Of a stretch of 43,156 nucleotides of DNA, positions 32,747 to 43,156 are shown piece by piece. The stretch lies in assembly GCF_006345805.1 (NCBI RefSeq), contig NW_021834998.1, positions 1 to 43,156 of the forward strand. Reading direction: 5' to 3'. The first letter of the stretch is position 1, and each line of letters opens with the position of its first letter. The DNA is from Octopus sinensis (taxonomy: Eukaryota). A program made the position numbers and the translations under genes. A model generated the notes under the pieces. That model was not told the origin of the DNA. It was given only the letters and a program-made list of their open reading frames with translations, and ran no database searches.

Positions 32747-33839
32747 TAGGGCGAACTAAGTTAAAAAAGTTAAAATTTAATAATAGTAAATAAATTATAA
32801 TTTAAATGATTTTTTAACTATATTTTATTATAAATAAATGCATATTAAACAATATTATTAGGTTAAAAAGTTAAAATTTAAAATTATAAGGTTAAAATTA
32901 TATGATTCTTGAGGATTGTGTATTATATTTGGTTCAAAGGGAATATTTCTTTTTGTTAATTTCGGATGCCGCAAATTATATGAAATCAGGTAAAATTTCA
33001 TTTTTAAGTTTTAGCTGGCAAATACTTAAAAATCTGTACCCCAAGTTATTACATGTCACATGTACTGTTCATCTATTACACAATTGTTGTGAGAAAATAA
33101 AAGCCTCCTATCCGGAAATTGATTTAATGATTGCTACTGTACAAGCAGCAATTAACAAGAACAATACAAGAAAACGAATATTTAAAGACAGAAACATCGC
33201 CATTCCACCTCGTGTGCATTTGACAAGATGGGGGAGTTGGCTTAAGGCCGCTACTTACTATTCAGAAAATCTGATCGGAGTACAAAATATTTTCGAATCA
33301 TTCGCGGATGATGGATATCTAGTTCGAACAGCCAAAGAAAGTCTTCGAAACCATGTGTTAGTGAGCAGTCTATGTGACCTTATCCGAAGCTATTCAAACA
33401 TTCCAGGTTTTCGAGTAAATGTCGCTATTGTAGATATTATTACGAAATTTGAAATTACGCGCTTCACAATTGAACAGGCATATTATTGTTTAGAATCGTT
33501 GGAATTTGGGAATGACAACAAATTTATCAAAGAATAGATAAATAAAATGACTAATTCACAAATATCTCCTGCCCAGTATGCATTACTTCTGAATTGTCAG
33601 CCAACTCGTGCTCGGTTGAAAGAACTTTCTCTCTAATAAGGAGTTTTCTAAGATCCAACCGAAATTTTCTACAAGAAAAGTGAGAAAATTATGTAATTTG
33701 TATGTGCAACAAACAGTTTTAGTGTTTTTATTGTTTATTATAAAGTTAAATTTTGGGTTAATTTTTTTAGTTTTAGGTTAATAAAGTTAAAGTTTTTAGG
33801 TTAAAATTTTTATTTTTCAGGTTAAAAAAAATCGCCCTA
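32747..33839 (+). mobile_element. Internally deleted hAT element (DUF659-type transposase)
   Basis: TIR TAGGGCGA / TCGCCCTA; perfect 8-bp TSD GTCATTAT (32739-32746, 33840-33847); peptide ISDAANYM..HVTCTVHLLHNCCE..TRWGSWL..CQPTS..ERTFS. Confidence 0.9.
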
Positions 33840-33869
33840 GTCATTATATAGCCTAAAATAATATCCTTC

Positions 33870-36110
33870 TACGAACAGTGAGAATCCTGACCAAAAATGC
33901 AAGAACGTAAAAGGTAAAAGATACCAAAGGCACTATAAACATTAACTAATAATAGCCAATGGTTCAATGAATTACGGGACGAACTAGAAAGAACTCCTAC
34001 AAGTTAAAAAACTACTTATTTCATGACCAACAGCCCCAATTTTCACGACCAATACACCAAAGACCGAAAAAATGAAAAGCTCTAACCCAAATAAGCAAAT
34101 TTAAAAAAATTAGTCGAAGAATCTCAAGAAGCAGGCACCGAACAATTTCAAGCGTTTGACAAAGAAAATTTCGATTCAATCCCCTACAAGTATTTAAAAT
34201 AATTATTTAAGTAATTTGGATTGGAATGATTCATCCAAGGACTGTTTTGTCGAAGGAACTGGTATTTATATTTGTTATGTTAGAAATGATTCTCCAACCA
34301 TGTTACTACTGCAAAAAAATTAAAGAAATGGTATTTTGACATTTTTTGTTAAAAATAGGTCCCGCGTTGAAGTTGGGAAGACACAGTGACACAACTTTGG
34401 CACTTATGTTTATTTGAACACTCAAAATGAACTCCATTTGAATACAAGCATAGAATTGTAGTTTAGAGCTGTCAAAGTTGTTAGATTTAGTAGGAATTGG
34501 AGATACAGTCAACCCTCTCTATAGTGAACCCTCTATAGTGAACAGGCCATATTAATGCAATCTACAATAACAAATATAGTAATTCTCATTAATATATTTA
34601 TTATAAAATGAATACCACGTTTAAAAATGTATAATATCATTTATTTAAATTTTTGTGTTCACTATTAAAGAATAGTGAACGTCAAATTTTTTTGTGAACA
34701 TAAAAATATTAAATTTAATTTTTTACATATATATTTAAAATTCTTTAAAATGAATAAACTACACGTTCTACAGTTGTTAGCATGGTGGAAAATCGAAAAC
34801 GCCTGTCATTTTTTCAAAAGAAGGAAATAATCGAATTTTATCATAAAAATAGACATTACACACGCGCGATTTATCTCTTTATTTAATGTTTCTCTGGGCT
34901 GCATAAACAAAATTTTGAAAAATTCTGAAGGAATACTTAATGTTCAAGATGACCAAAAAAAGAAGAAAATTTACTTGCCCAAGTCTCAACCATTCGACAG
35001 AGATCTATTTGAATGGTTCGTTAAAAAATGATCATTTGGATTTACAATCAATGAATATCTTTTGAAGTCCATGTCTCTAAAAATGGCGAATTAATAATTT
35101 ACAAGTGGAATACAAATCAAATAAAAAAGCATGGATGACATATTTCTCAGAATGGCTCATAGAATTGAACAAAAAAATGATTTTGCAAAAAAGAAAAATT
35201 CTAATTCTACTTGATAATGTGACTGTACACTCACGTGATTTAGAGTTCAGTAACATCGAACTCTTTTTTTTCCCTCCAAATACAACATCGAAGTTACAAC
35301 CCCTTGATTAAGGAATAATAAAATCATTCAAAGACAGGTATAGACAACTCCTATGTGCACACTTGATTGAATTTTATACTAATGATGACAATGTAGATCA
35401 CGAAAAAGTTACGGAAAAGTTGAAGAAATTCACTCTATTGAATTGCTTGATATTCATAAATGAAGCTTGGTTAGAAGTGTCGGAATTAACAATTACAAAT
35501 TATTTCAAGAAAGCATTTGAAAATGCGTTAATACAGACCTGACAGAGTTCCGACACTATATGAAGCTAGTGAATATGCGAAGGCGCTTGAATTATGGTTT
35601 CTTGAGAATGATTATGAACAAAGAGGAAAAGTATACAAAATACAAAAAATTTTTAAGAAATTATCAAACTAATCATTCTCAAAAAATCACGATTACATGA
35701 TTAAAATCTCTAAATAATCTTTGTAATTATACTTTAATATTGTTTATTGTTATTTTGATTCCTTTTGTTCACTATAGACAATAGTGAACATGATGTTTTG
35801 ACGTGGACATTTTGTTCATTAGAGAGGGTTGACTGTACCACAAACCCAGCAAGTTTGGATAACCGGGACAAGCACAAAGACACAGGAATTGATCGCCAAT
35901 AAACCGACAGAGTCGTTTACAGAAACATTTACTTACATAAATCCTAGTGAAATGAAAAAAGTATATTTTTGTGAAAAATTGTTTAGTTTAAAAAGGAATT
36001 TTTTATTAATTCGGAGACTTTGGAGTATATAATCTATTCGGATTTGTTGAAAGATAAGGGACCAACTGATGTTCATGAGGCAACTTCGGCCGCATTTAAA
36101 CAATTTTTAA
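33870..36110 (+). CDS. Unidentified intron-containing host gene interrupted by a Tigger element (limits approximate)
   Basis: Mini-introns gtatttaaaataattatttaag, gtatttatatttgttatgttag and gtatatttttgtgaaaaattgtttag join open exon-like segments on both sides of the TA insertion site. No family recognised. Confidence 0.35.
34506..35835 (+). mobile_element. Tigger/pogo (Tc1-mariner superfamily) element, internally deleted
   Basis: TIRs CAGTCAACCCTCTCT..TGAAC at both ends, TA TSD, a CENP-B HTH segment and the DDE-1 segment KAWMT..LLDNVTVH..FFPPNTTSKLQPLD*GIIKSFK. Confidence 0.92.
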
Positions 36111-36384
36111 AAAAATAATTTAGCTTTGAGTTTTTTATTTTTTGGCTGTAGATTAATTTTGTTTTTGTTCATTTTTTATCGTGATGTTAAGTAACAGTAA
36201 TAATAATTTTTTAGCATTTAACTATGCCTCTTTTTTATTTTGTTTTCTATTAAGTTATTAAGTATTAGACTAAATCGATTGTAAAAAATTGGTTCTTGGA
36301 ACCTTCATTTAATCCTGTTCAGTTTATCTGGTGAACTAGCATTTTGTTACATTTGTTTATTAGGCTACACCCCCTCTCTTGTCA

Positions 36385-36770
36385 CCTCAGTGCCGGCCGA
36401 ATACCCAGACAGCCTTGAATGATATTGTCAAGCGTGCGCTCTACGCCGCTGGATTCCCTTCGGTCCTGGAGGTTGGGTTAGACCGTGGTGACGGAAAACG
36501 TCCCGATGGGTCCACGCTATTCCCGTTCAAGGGGGAACTCGCTCTCGTTTGGGACGTCACCTGTGTCGACCCGTTTTCCTCGTCATCTCTCATCGACTCT
36601 GCCTTCCGCCCTGCTCAGCCTCTGCAAATGCCGAAACAAAAAAAATCACAAAGTATGCCTCATTGAAGAACACCTGCCTTTTCGTCCCTCTGGCTTTCGA
36701 GACGAGTGGGATAATCGGCTCAAAACCCCTGGAGTTTCTTTTGGAGACCGGCTTGATGATCTCAAGGAAC
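36385..36770 (+). mobile_element. CRE-like RLE domain fragment
   Basis: ALNDIVKRALYAAGFPSVLEVGLDRGDGKRPDGSTLFPFK..LVWDVTCVD..KITKYASL..FVPLAFETSG. Confidence 0.85.
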
Positions 36771-36879
36771 TGCCTGTCTATTCGCTCGTTTTCTCAATCA
36801 AAGAATTAACGCTACTTACTTGGCTAGCATCTAATTTTGTTTTTGAACTTTCTTTTAAAGGTAAAAATATTGTTTATTC

Positions 36880-37145
36880 AAGGAGGATTCAACTGTTCTC
36901 AGTCTCAGTTTCAAGGATTTTGAAGAATAAAGAAGAAATTATGTTATTGGCTGAATCAAATTGCACCAATTTGAGTCGCAAAAGATGACGCCATGGCAAA
37001 GAAAAGAACGTAGAAACTGCTTTGTCCGTCTGGTTTGGTCAAACCAGGGGGGAAATGTGCCAATTAATGGTCACATATTAACCCACAAAAGCTACTAGCT
37101 TTGCTAAAACTATGAAAATGGATGACTTTATTCCCACTTCAGCCA
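36880..37145 (+). mobile_element. Second Tigger/Jerky-like transposase N-terminal fragment
   Basis: SVSRILKNKEEI..RKR*RHGKEKNVETALSVWFGQTRGGNVPINGHIL..KATSFAK resembles the CENP-B-type HTH. Confidence 0.7.
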
Positions 37146-37229
37146 TGTGATATAGGGATCATAAAAAGTCTAAAGCACAAGTACAGATTGACATTTTTAC
37201 AGAGAGTGATTGTCATAATTGATTCAGAC

Positions 37230-38050
37230 CAGTGATTCTCAACCGTGGTGCACCAATTTTGGTACATCAAAAATACTCGAATGGTGCATGAAAAGAAATT
37301 GATACATGGTATTATATTTTTATTTTAGTGGAGACAAATCTAAGCCTTTTTTCATAATCTGCAAAAATAGTTCAATGAAATTGTCAAGATTAGCACAATT
37401 TGAGAACTGAACATCCAAATCTAGTCGAATCTTCGCATAAATATTTTCAAAATAAAAAAAACAAGATTGATGAACCTACTACCATTCAAAAGTTAATCAC
37501 TCATCATGTTCTTGCACAAAAAAGTATTACTTTTAACCTATTTCATAGATGGGCTACTTGCATCGTTGCGAATCGTTGCCGAATCGTTGCTAAAAATAAT
37601 GCTACCCATGTTTCGGGTGAATCGTTAAAAATACCTTCTATCGCAGTTGTTTTACAAGATATGTTGGGACATAATCCATTTGAAATTTTACAAGTAGTGT
37701 GACCATTTTGATGTTCCTAGAATTTACCTTTGAGTATTCGTCGCCGAATTGATGAAATGGCTGAAAGCGTCAAAGGTTCCTAAAATATATTTAGAAAAAC
37801 TGTTTTTTCCTTGCACATTGACGAATGTCTGGTATGTGATAATAAATCTATATTAAATGCCTATGTTAGGTAGGTATTTTAAATAATATTTTGTTTAGAT
37901 TTTTGATGAACAAGTAGTTTTTGTGAAGAGGTTTTGTTTATCAGACCTTTGATAACAAATTCTACCGGAGAGTCAATTTTTAATGTATTGAAAACGTATT
38001 TTGAGGAAAAACAAATTCCATTTTCCAATCACATGTGCTACAGACGGGGC
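37230..38050 (+). mobile_element. hAT Buster/Charlie-like element, left end plus transposase fragments
   Basis: TIR-like CAGTGATTCTCAACC at 37230; peptides IRRRIDEMAE..FSLHIDE..LNAYVR and LITNSTGESIFNVLKTYFEEKQIP. Confidence 0.7.
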
Positions 38051-38059
38051 AATGGCCAT

Positions 38060-38210
38060 AAAGATTTTTCGAAAAGCAAAAATCTTTATTACCTGGGAGC
38101 AACCATCAACTGTCGTGGCTCGTACGCAGATCATATATCAAATCAGAGAAAGAGGAGTGTGAGGATCCTAACAAGCTTAACCAGGTTCCACATCACAAAT
38201 TACGATGAGA
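38060..38210 (+). mobile_element. Short LINE RT C-terminal fragment
   Basis: NLYYLGATINCRGSYADHISNQRKRSVRIL parallels NLKYLGVEVGSKGSYFRYIDSRRRKCAQIL in the 9.5-13.6 kb LINE. Confidence 0.6.
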
Positions 38211-38783
38211 AGTGGAATAATTTTAGAAAAAACGCATTCATTGTAGTGTGACTTGACCAATTTCGGTATGTTGCCGATTGCGCATAATTTTTGTACTTGT
38301 AGTCCATTACTACATAAATATATTTTTGAATCAATTGATTAAGAGTCTTTTTTGCTCGATAAAATTGATAAAATATTATTTTTGTGTTGCTTAGGAAATT
38401 ATTTATAATCTATTTCTTCTAACATATTCTACTAAACTTTTAAAAATATACTTAAATAAGCTCAGCAAAATGTTGATAACAAAATATATAAAAACCTTAA
38501 CAAGAGAATTGATTTTTCTATTTCTGAAACATCCTCAGGACTGATAGACTTTGAAGCTCCTCTTCAGACTACATTTTATATGAAAATATTTTAAAAAACT
38601 TTTAATGTTTTAGGAATAGTTTCGAACTCAAAGTCAGACAAATTAACATTCATTGTTGGCAAGAGAAACTGCCAGAATTTTTTTTTTATAAATCAAATTA
38701 TTATAAACTTATATAAAAAATACGTTTAAGAAATAAGAATAATAAAAAAAAAACAAAGATATACGCCTCTGTACCATGCAAAG

Positions 38784-38990
38784 TTTAGTCGGCCAAGGCA
38801 CCATCAATCACAGGGTCAAATTAAAAAGTGCAACCAAACGTTAATGCGTTGGTAACAAAAAAGACTGGTTGTAAAAGAAAATCACGAATGGTCTACGAGT
38901 TCTTTATTTAGTTGTCTATAACTACAATATAAGTATTCATTCAGCAACAAAAAACTCAGCGTTTATCCCATTTCACCGTGCTATAATACA
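38784..38990 (+). mobile_element. Ginger/KRBA2-like DDE integrase fragment
   Basis: FSRPRHHQSQGQIKKCNQTLMRW..VYNYNISIHSAT resembles the GRPRHPQSQGxVERxN..YNxxxHSAT integrase motif. Confidence 0.6.
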
Positions 38991-39170
38991 TTTATGCGAA
39001 AACATTAGTACATTAGTTGATATACATTTAGTTGAAAAGCAAATAAAAATAGGAACCCTTCTAATTTTTCTTATAACAACATTATAACATAGTATTCTAT
39101 AGCTCCGCAAAGGCAGGACAGTAACTGTATTTTAAAGTAGAGTTAATTTTTTAACTAGGTAGCCTCAAGG

Positions 39171-39841
39171 TTAACTGATTGTAGGTAGAGCCAGGAAATT
39201 ATCTTTATCTGTTTTTTGTGTTTGGGTCCAAAATAGACGATCCAGTTCTGCAAGAGTCTTCACTAATAACGGCCTACTCGTCAAGTTTTTTAGCATCTCA
39301 GATGTATAGAATCTTTCATCGGATAAGCAGCGTTCAGACTCGAACCCGAGAATTATTTTAATCATAATTAAGTTAGGGTTTTTTAAGTTTTTTTACATGA
39401 AACCCAAGGAAATTCTCTCAATTAAAGTAGCAAGGACCATTTGTATTGATGGAGGGGTTAATATGATTGATCTCTAATAAACGGTTTATGGACTTTTTTC
39501 AGAATTGAGATTTCGAAATAAATCTTGATGCTATATTTTGGCAACATTGTCTCATTCATCAGGAGAATATAATCGCAAAGTCAATGCAAAATGTAATAAA
39601 TACGGTGTTGTCTATTGTGAATTGGATACGTGGCAAATCTCTCAATCATAGGAGATTCAAAAAATATTAGTGGAAATTGACAGTCCATAGTGATGTGCTT
39701 TATCATACCACTGTTCATGTTGAGTCGTTCCGCCTGCTCAAAAGATATATTTGCTTGAATAGAGAAATTGAATTTATGGTATATTTTGAAACTCGCTAAA
39801 AATGGCTGTAGACTACTACAAAAGTACCATTTTGCCATCAA
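39171..39841 (-). other. Broken open reading segments of unknown identity
   Basis: Two track ORFs (86 and 64 aa) with mostly open sequence between them; no motif recognised. Confidence 0.2.
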
Positions 39842-40943
39842 CTCTGTGAATCTATTGCTATTTTTTATATCAAATTAAAACTTTCGAGAGATCAAATAAT
39901 TCCCAAAATACGGTTCATTTTACTTTTAAGCGAAAATAAAGCTAAAGATTCATTAGAAAAATATACTATCATTATTAGTCACATTATTGTTAAATTTGAA
40001 AAAAGTTCTAAGATTTATTAAAATTAAGTGCATTTTAAAAATTTAATAAAATTTTCAGGCAATGAAAATTTTTGCCGCACCATTCAATATAGATCTTAGG
40101 AATGCTCCCCCATCACTCCAATTAGTTAGTTAGTTAGTTACCACGACTTCTCTAGCTTGTATGAGGCCGGCTGTCATCAGGCGATCAGCAGTGAGTGCTG
40201 GGCTTCGTCCCAAAAAAGTTTAAAGTGAATGGAGTCGGTATCTTGGATGGTCTTTAAGGAGCCTGTAGGCAGGTTTGTTTGGATATTTGTTTCAACTGCA
40301 AAGTGTGTTCTTCTCCCAGAAACGCTGAACTTCGTCCCTAAAAACTTTTTTTGTAAAAATAATTGTTACGCTCTCCTACAAGCAAGGACGCAATTACCAA
40401 AAAAATGTAGTAAAAAACGAAGTTACAACCCGGAAGAGCGCTGCCCCCATCATACTTTATCAAAAAAAAAGTTTTCAAAGATCAAACTCTAACAACGCAA
40501 GCCTTGGAAACGATGGAATCAAATATCTCTTTTAACACATTTAACACATTTTATTGACCAAAGGACAGGGTAAGCCAGTTGATTATAATCCCCCGTGATC
40601 CCCAAATCAAGCGAGGGAGATCCTTCTGAAAGGTTCAATCCTGCTCACAATGATCGGACAGAGACGACGATGTCCCAGGGCAGAGATCTAGAAGTTCTTT
40701 TCGGTAGGCATTAAGTGCCTCCTGAGCGTTGCCATATCCGATGGAATTTCCAACTGACATGGTAGACTCCATAACGCCACGCTAAATCCGGAAGGTAAGA
40801 GATCCCCATTTCCAACTGTGTCGTGCCAAAGTACTCGTTTGCCTCACGGGCAGGGGAACGATAACGAAAATTGACCCAGGATGAAAAACTGCCTCCTTCG
40901 AATCGAACTCACGACTGTCCAAGTCTTCAGCCAAGAGGGCTGA

Positions 40944-41628
40944 AATGTTGAAATGGACTATAACTTTTCTTTTGCAAAAGAAAGTGCATTCCAATCTTCG
41001 ATTTTGATGATGAAAAAACATACGCTGAGTGAGGCCCTGATGAGAGAGTTGAATAGAACGATACGATTTTAGAAGCCACAAAGAAATCTTAGAAGCCGAT
41101 TCTAGTGTCTACTTTATAGGTCAGGGTGCAACAAGTTATAAGTCAGGTAGTTTAGCAGAGCAGTTTGGCAGTGTGCGTGTGATGGATATGCCTCTGTCAG
41201 AAAATCGTTTACTGGGTGTTATTGGAACAGCTTTAATAGGGATACGACCGATTCTTTGTTTCCCACCACGTCAATTTGTTCGTTTCATCCTGTGATCAAC
41301 TCATTAACAACGCCGCGAAATGGAACTAAATTTCTGCTGAACACCTTAAATTTCAACTTGTTATTCGTCTTATTATGGAAAGAGGTTAAGGACAAGAGAC
41401 ACATAATTCCCAATACATGCACAACCTATTTGATATATTCGGAATAAAAATCATCATGCCTGCAACTGCAAGAGTGATGTCAAAGAGATTTTCATGCCGC
41501 TGTTAAGACAATAATCCTGTCATTTTCATGGAACAGTGCAGGCTCCATGAAACGTTTAGTTCGATTCTGGTGAAAATAGCTCTGTTTCTATTGGAAAAAG
41601 ACATCACAGTCATCAATCTTGGAAGATA
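40944..41628 (+). pseudogene. Bacterial-type TPP-dependent 2-oxoacid/acetoin dehydrogenase E1: alpha C-terminus plus N-terminal two-thirds of beta, decayed
   Basis: FSFAKESAF, then MREL..TILEAT..EADSSVYFIGQG..LAEQFGSVRVMDMPLSEN..IGIRPI..DQLINNAAKW..LVIRLIMERG*GQ..HNSQ..GIKIIMPAT..DNNPVIFMEQ..LH..GKDITV. Intronless, with in-frame stops. Confidence 0.85.
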
Positions 41629-41799
41629 ACAGCCCACTATAAATGAAAAATCCACTACCAAAAACTTTTGAAATATGGGATAAAGTATATCTTGGATTGA
41701 AAATTAGTAAAAATGTAAGAAACAATCTTTCCTTCTAAAATCTAGATGTATATATCCAGCTATAAGACTTTGGAAAATATTATTTTCGTCTTTTTTATT

Positions 41800-41915
41800 C
41801 CCGCATGTCTGCTATCACAGGCGACGCCCGCAAATCGAGATGGTTTTTTGAGCGGATATCCCTTGCGATAGTACGCTCTAACTTTTTCTCGATCGCGTCG
41901 GCTTCCCGCCCATGA
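41800..41915 (+). mobile_element. CRE-like extreme 3' fragment
   Basis: ITGDARKSRWFFERISLAIVRSNF..* matches the DPRE..LFQRLSVAIQRGN terminus of CRE elements. Confidence 0.6.
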
Positions 41916-42157
41916 AGCTTTTATTAATTAACTTGTAGTTATTTACTTTGTTCACAATGTCATTCCAATTCTGTAATAGAGGACCAGATTTTAACTAATA
42001 AAATTCAACAGCTCCATTATTGTTAATTAACGAGAGAGACATGGTTAGTAGTGTTAGTATTTTAGTAGTGTTAGTATTTTAGTATTTAAGACATTTAAGG
42101 AGAGAACCTGTCTTGATTCTCTCTGATGGAGAAGTATCCATAAAAGAAGTAAAATTT

Positions 42158-42600
42158 GAAAATGTTTTCATGTCCTTCAATCAATCAAGTGGCTTTAGAG
42201 AGTCGTCTGATTCATTATGTTTTGTGTTTGAAACGGAGAGTTTGCTGTCATCAAATCTAAGGAGAGTAATATCTGGAAACGTTTTCATGTCCTTCAACCA
42301 ATAAGTGGCTTTAGAGAGTCGTCTGATTCATTCATGTTTTGTGTTTGAAACGGAGAGTGCTGTCATCAAAATCTAAGGGAGTAATATCTGGAAACGTTTT
42401 CATGTCCTTCAACCAATCAAGTGGCTTTAGAGAGTCGTCTGATTCATTCATGTTTTGTGTTTGAACGGAGAGTTGCTGTCATCAAAAATCTAAGGGAGTA
42501 ATATCTGGAAACGTTTTCATGTCCTTCAACCAATCAAGTGGCTTTAGAGAGTCGTCTGATTCATTCATGTTTGTGTTTGAAATGGAGAGTTATTGTCATC
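42158..42600 (-). repeat. About 117-bp tandem repeat (about 3.8 copies), open as a 39-aa repeat on the minus strand
   Basis: Copies start at about 42261, 42377 and 42494. The consensus translates to LDFDDSNSPFQTQNMNESDDSLKPLDWLKDMKTFPDITP. Confidence 0.85.
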
Positions 42601-43156
42601 GGAAAATTGATTTTCTGAATTTGTGATTCTTTTAGTCCCATAATTTTTACAAATAATTTTATTTCACAAAACAATAGATATCTAACACTGTAACTGAATA
42701 TTCTGTTATTTAGTGAATCGTGAAGAAAAAATTGTAAAACAGCATTTAATCAAAAAATTTGATCAACATTCAATTTTGACAATGCGATAAGCATATAGAC
42801 ATTTTTTGCTATCAATTTTAAAATGCACAAAATTGGCCGTTTGTTGCAATAATTTTTTCAGCATTTTTCCAAATGCCGTATTTTTATTGGATATTCCAAA
42901 GCACTTTATAAAATTGTGCTTTAAATTTGGTCAGAGTTGCATTTCCTGCTGCATTAACATCATTATAGGGATTGTTATGATTAGATTAATATATCTTTAT
43001 CCCAGCCTTAAGAATGAAAAATAGCGTGGAGAGAATATGGTACATCAAATTTTCCAGAATAAAAATCAACAATAAAAATCAACCATTATTAGAAAAAACC
43101 AAACACAGTTTCCAAGTACTATGGACAAGGAAACTTTCGAGAAGCACTTGGACTCG

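Noticed and set aside
41040-41628. Host mitochondrial PDHB or BCKDHB pseudogene
   Set aside because: Intronless, has bacterial-type IRLI..RGWGQ rather than FRGPNG, and is preceded by an alpha-subunit end in operon order.

Overview
AT-rich eukaryotic (animal) genomic window from a compact genome with 20-29 nt GT-AG introns. This pattern is consistent with a myxozoan- or dicyemid-like parasite, but the taxon is an inference. Host genes are PPP4R4 (partial), HOGA1 (split by a LINE), PRUNE, MRPS21, tRNA-Arg(ACG), a protocadherin-like gene and a few unidentified intron-bearing genes. They sit among many transposons: a full-length APE-type LINE, a full-length RLE (R4/Dong-like) retroelement, five CRE-like fragments, several hAT relics, Tigger/pogo copies and a Ginger-like integrase fragment. 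Single-base losses in short homopolymers recur even in conserved genes, so most frameshifts are probably assembly errors. Three things stand out. (1) A 4.7 kb composite tandem array (47 bp / 95 bp / 52 bp / 47 bp): each 47-bp unit parses as a 29-nt GT..AG mini-intron plus an 18-nt in-frame micro-exon, so it may be a micro-exon repeat gene, (GDITPK)n, that looks like a satellite. (2) A decayed bacterial-type TPP-dependent dehydrogenase E1 alpha/beta operon remnant. (3) HOGA1 carries both a LINE insertion with a 13-bp TSD and a Lys->Gln change at the catalytic residue.
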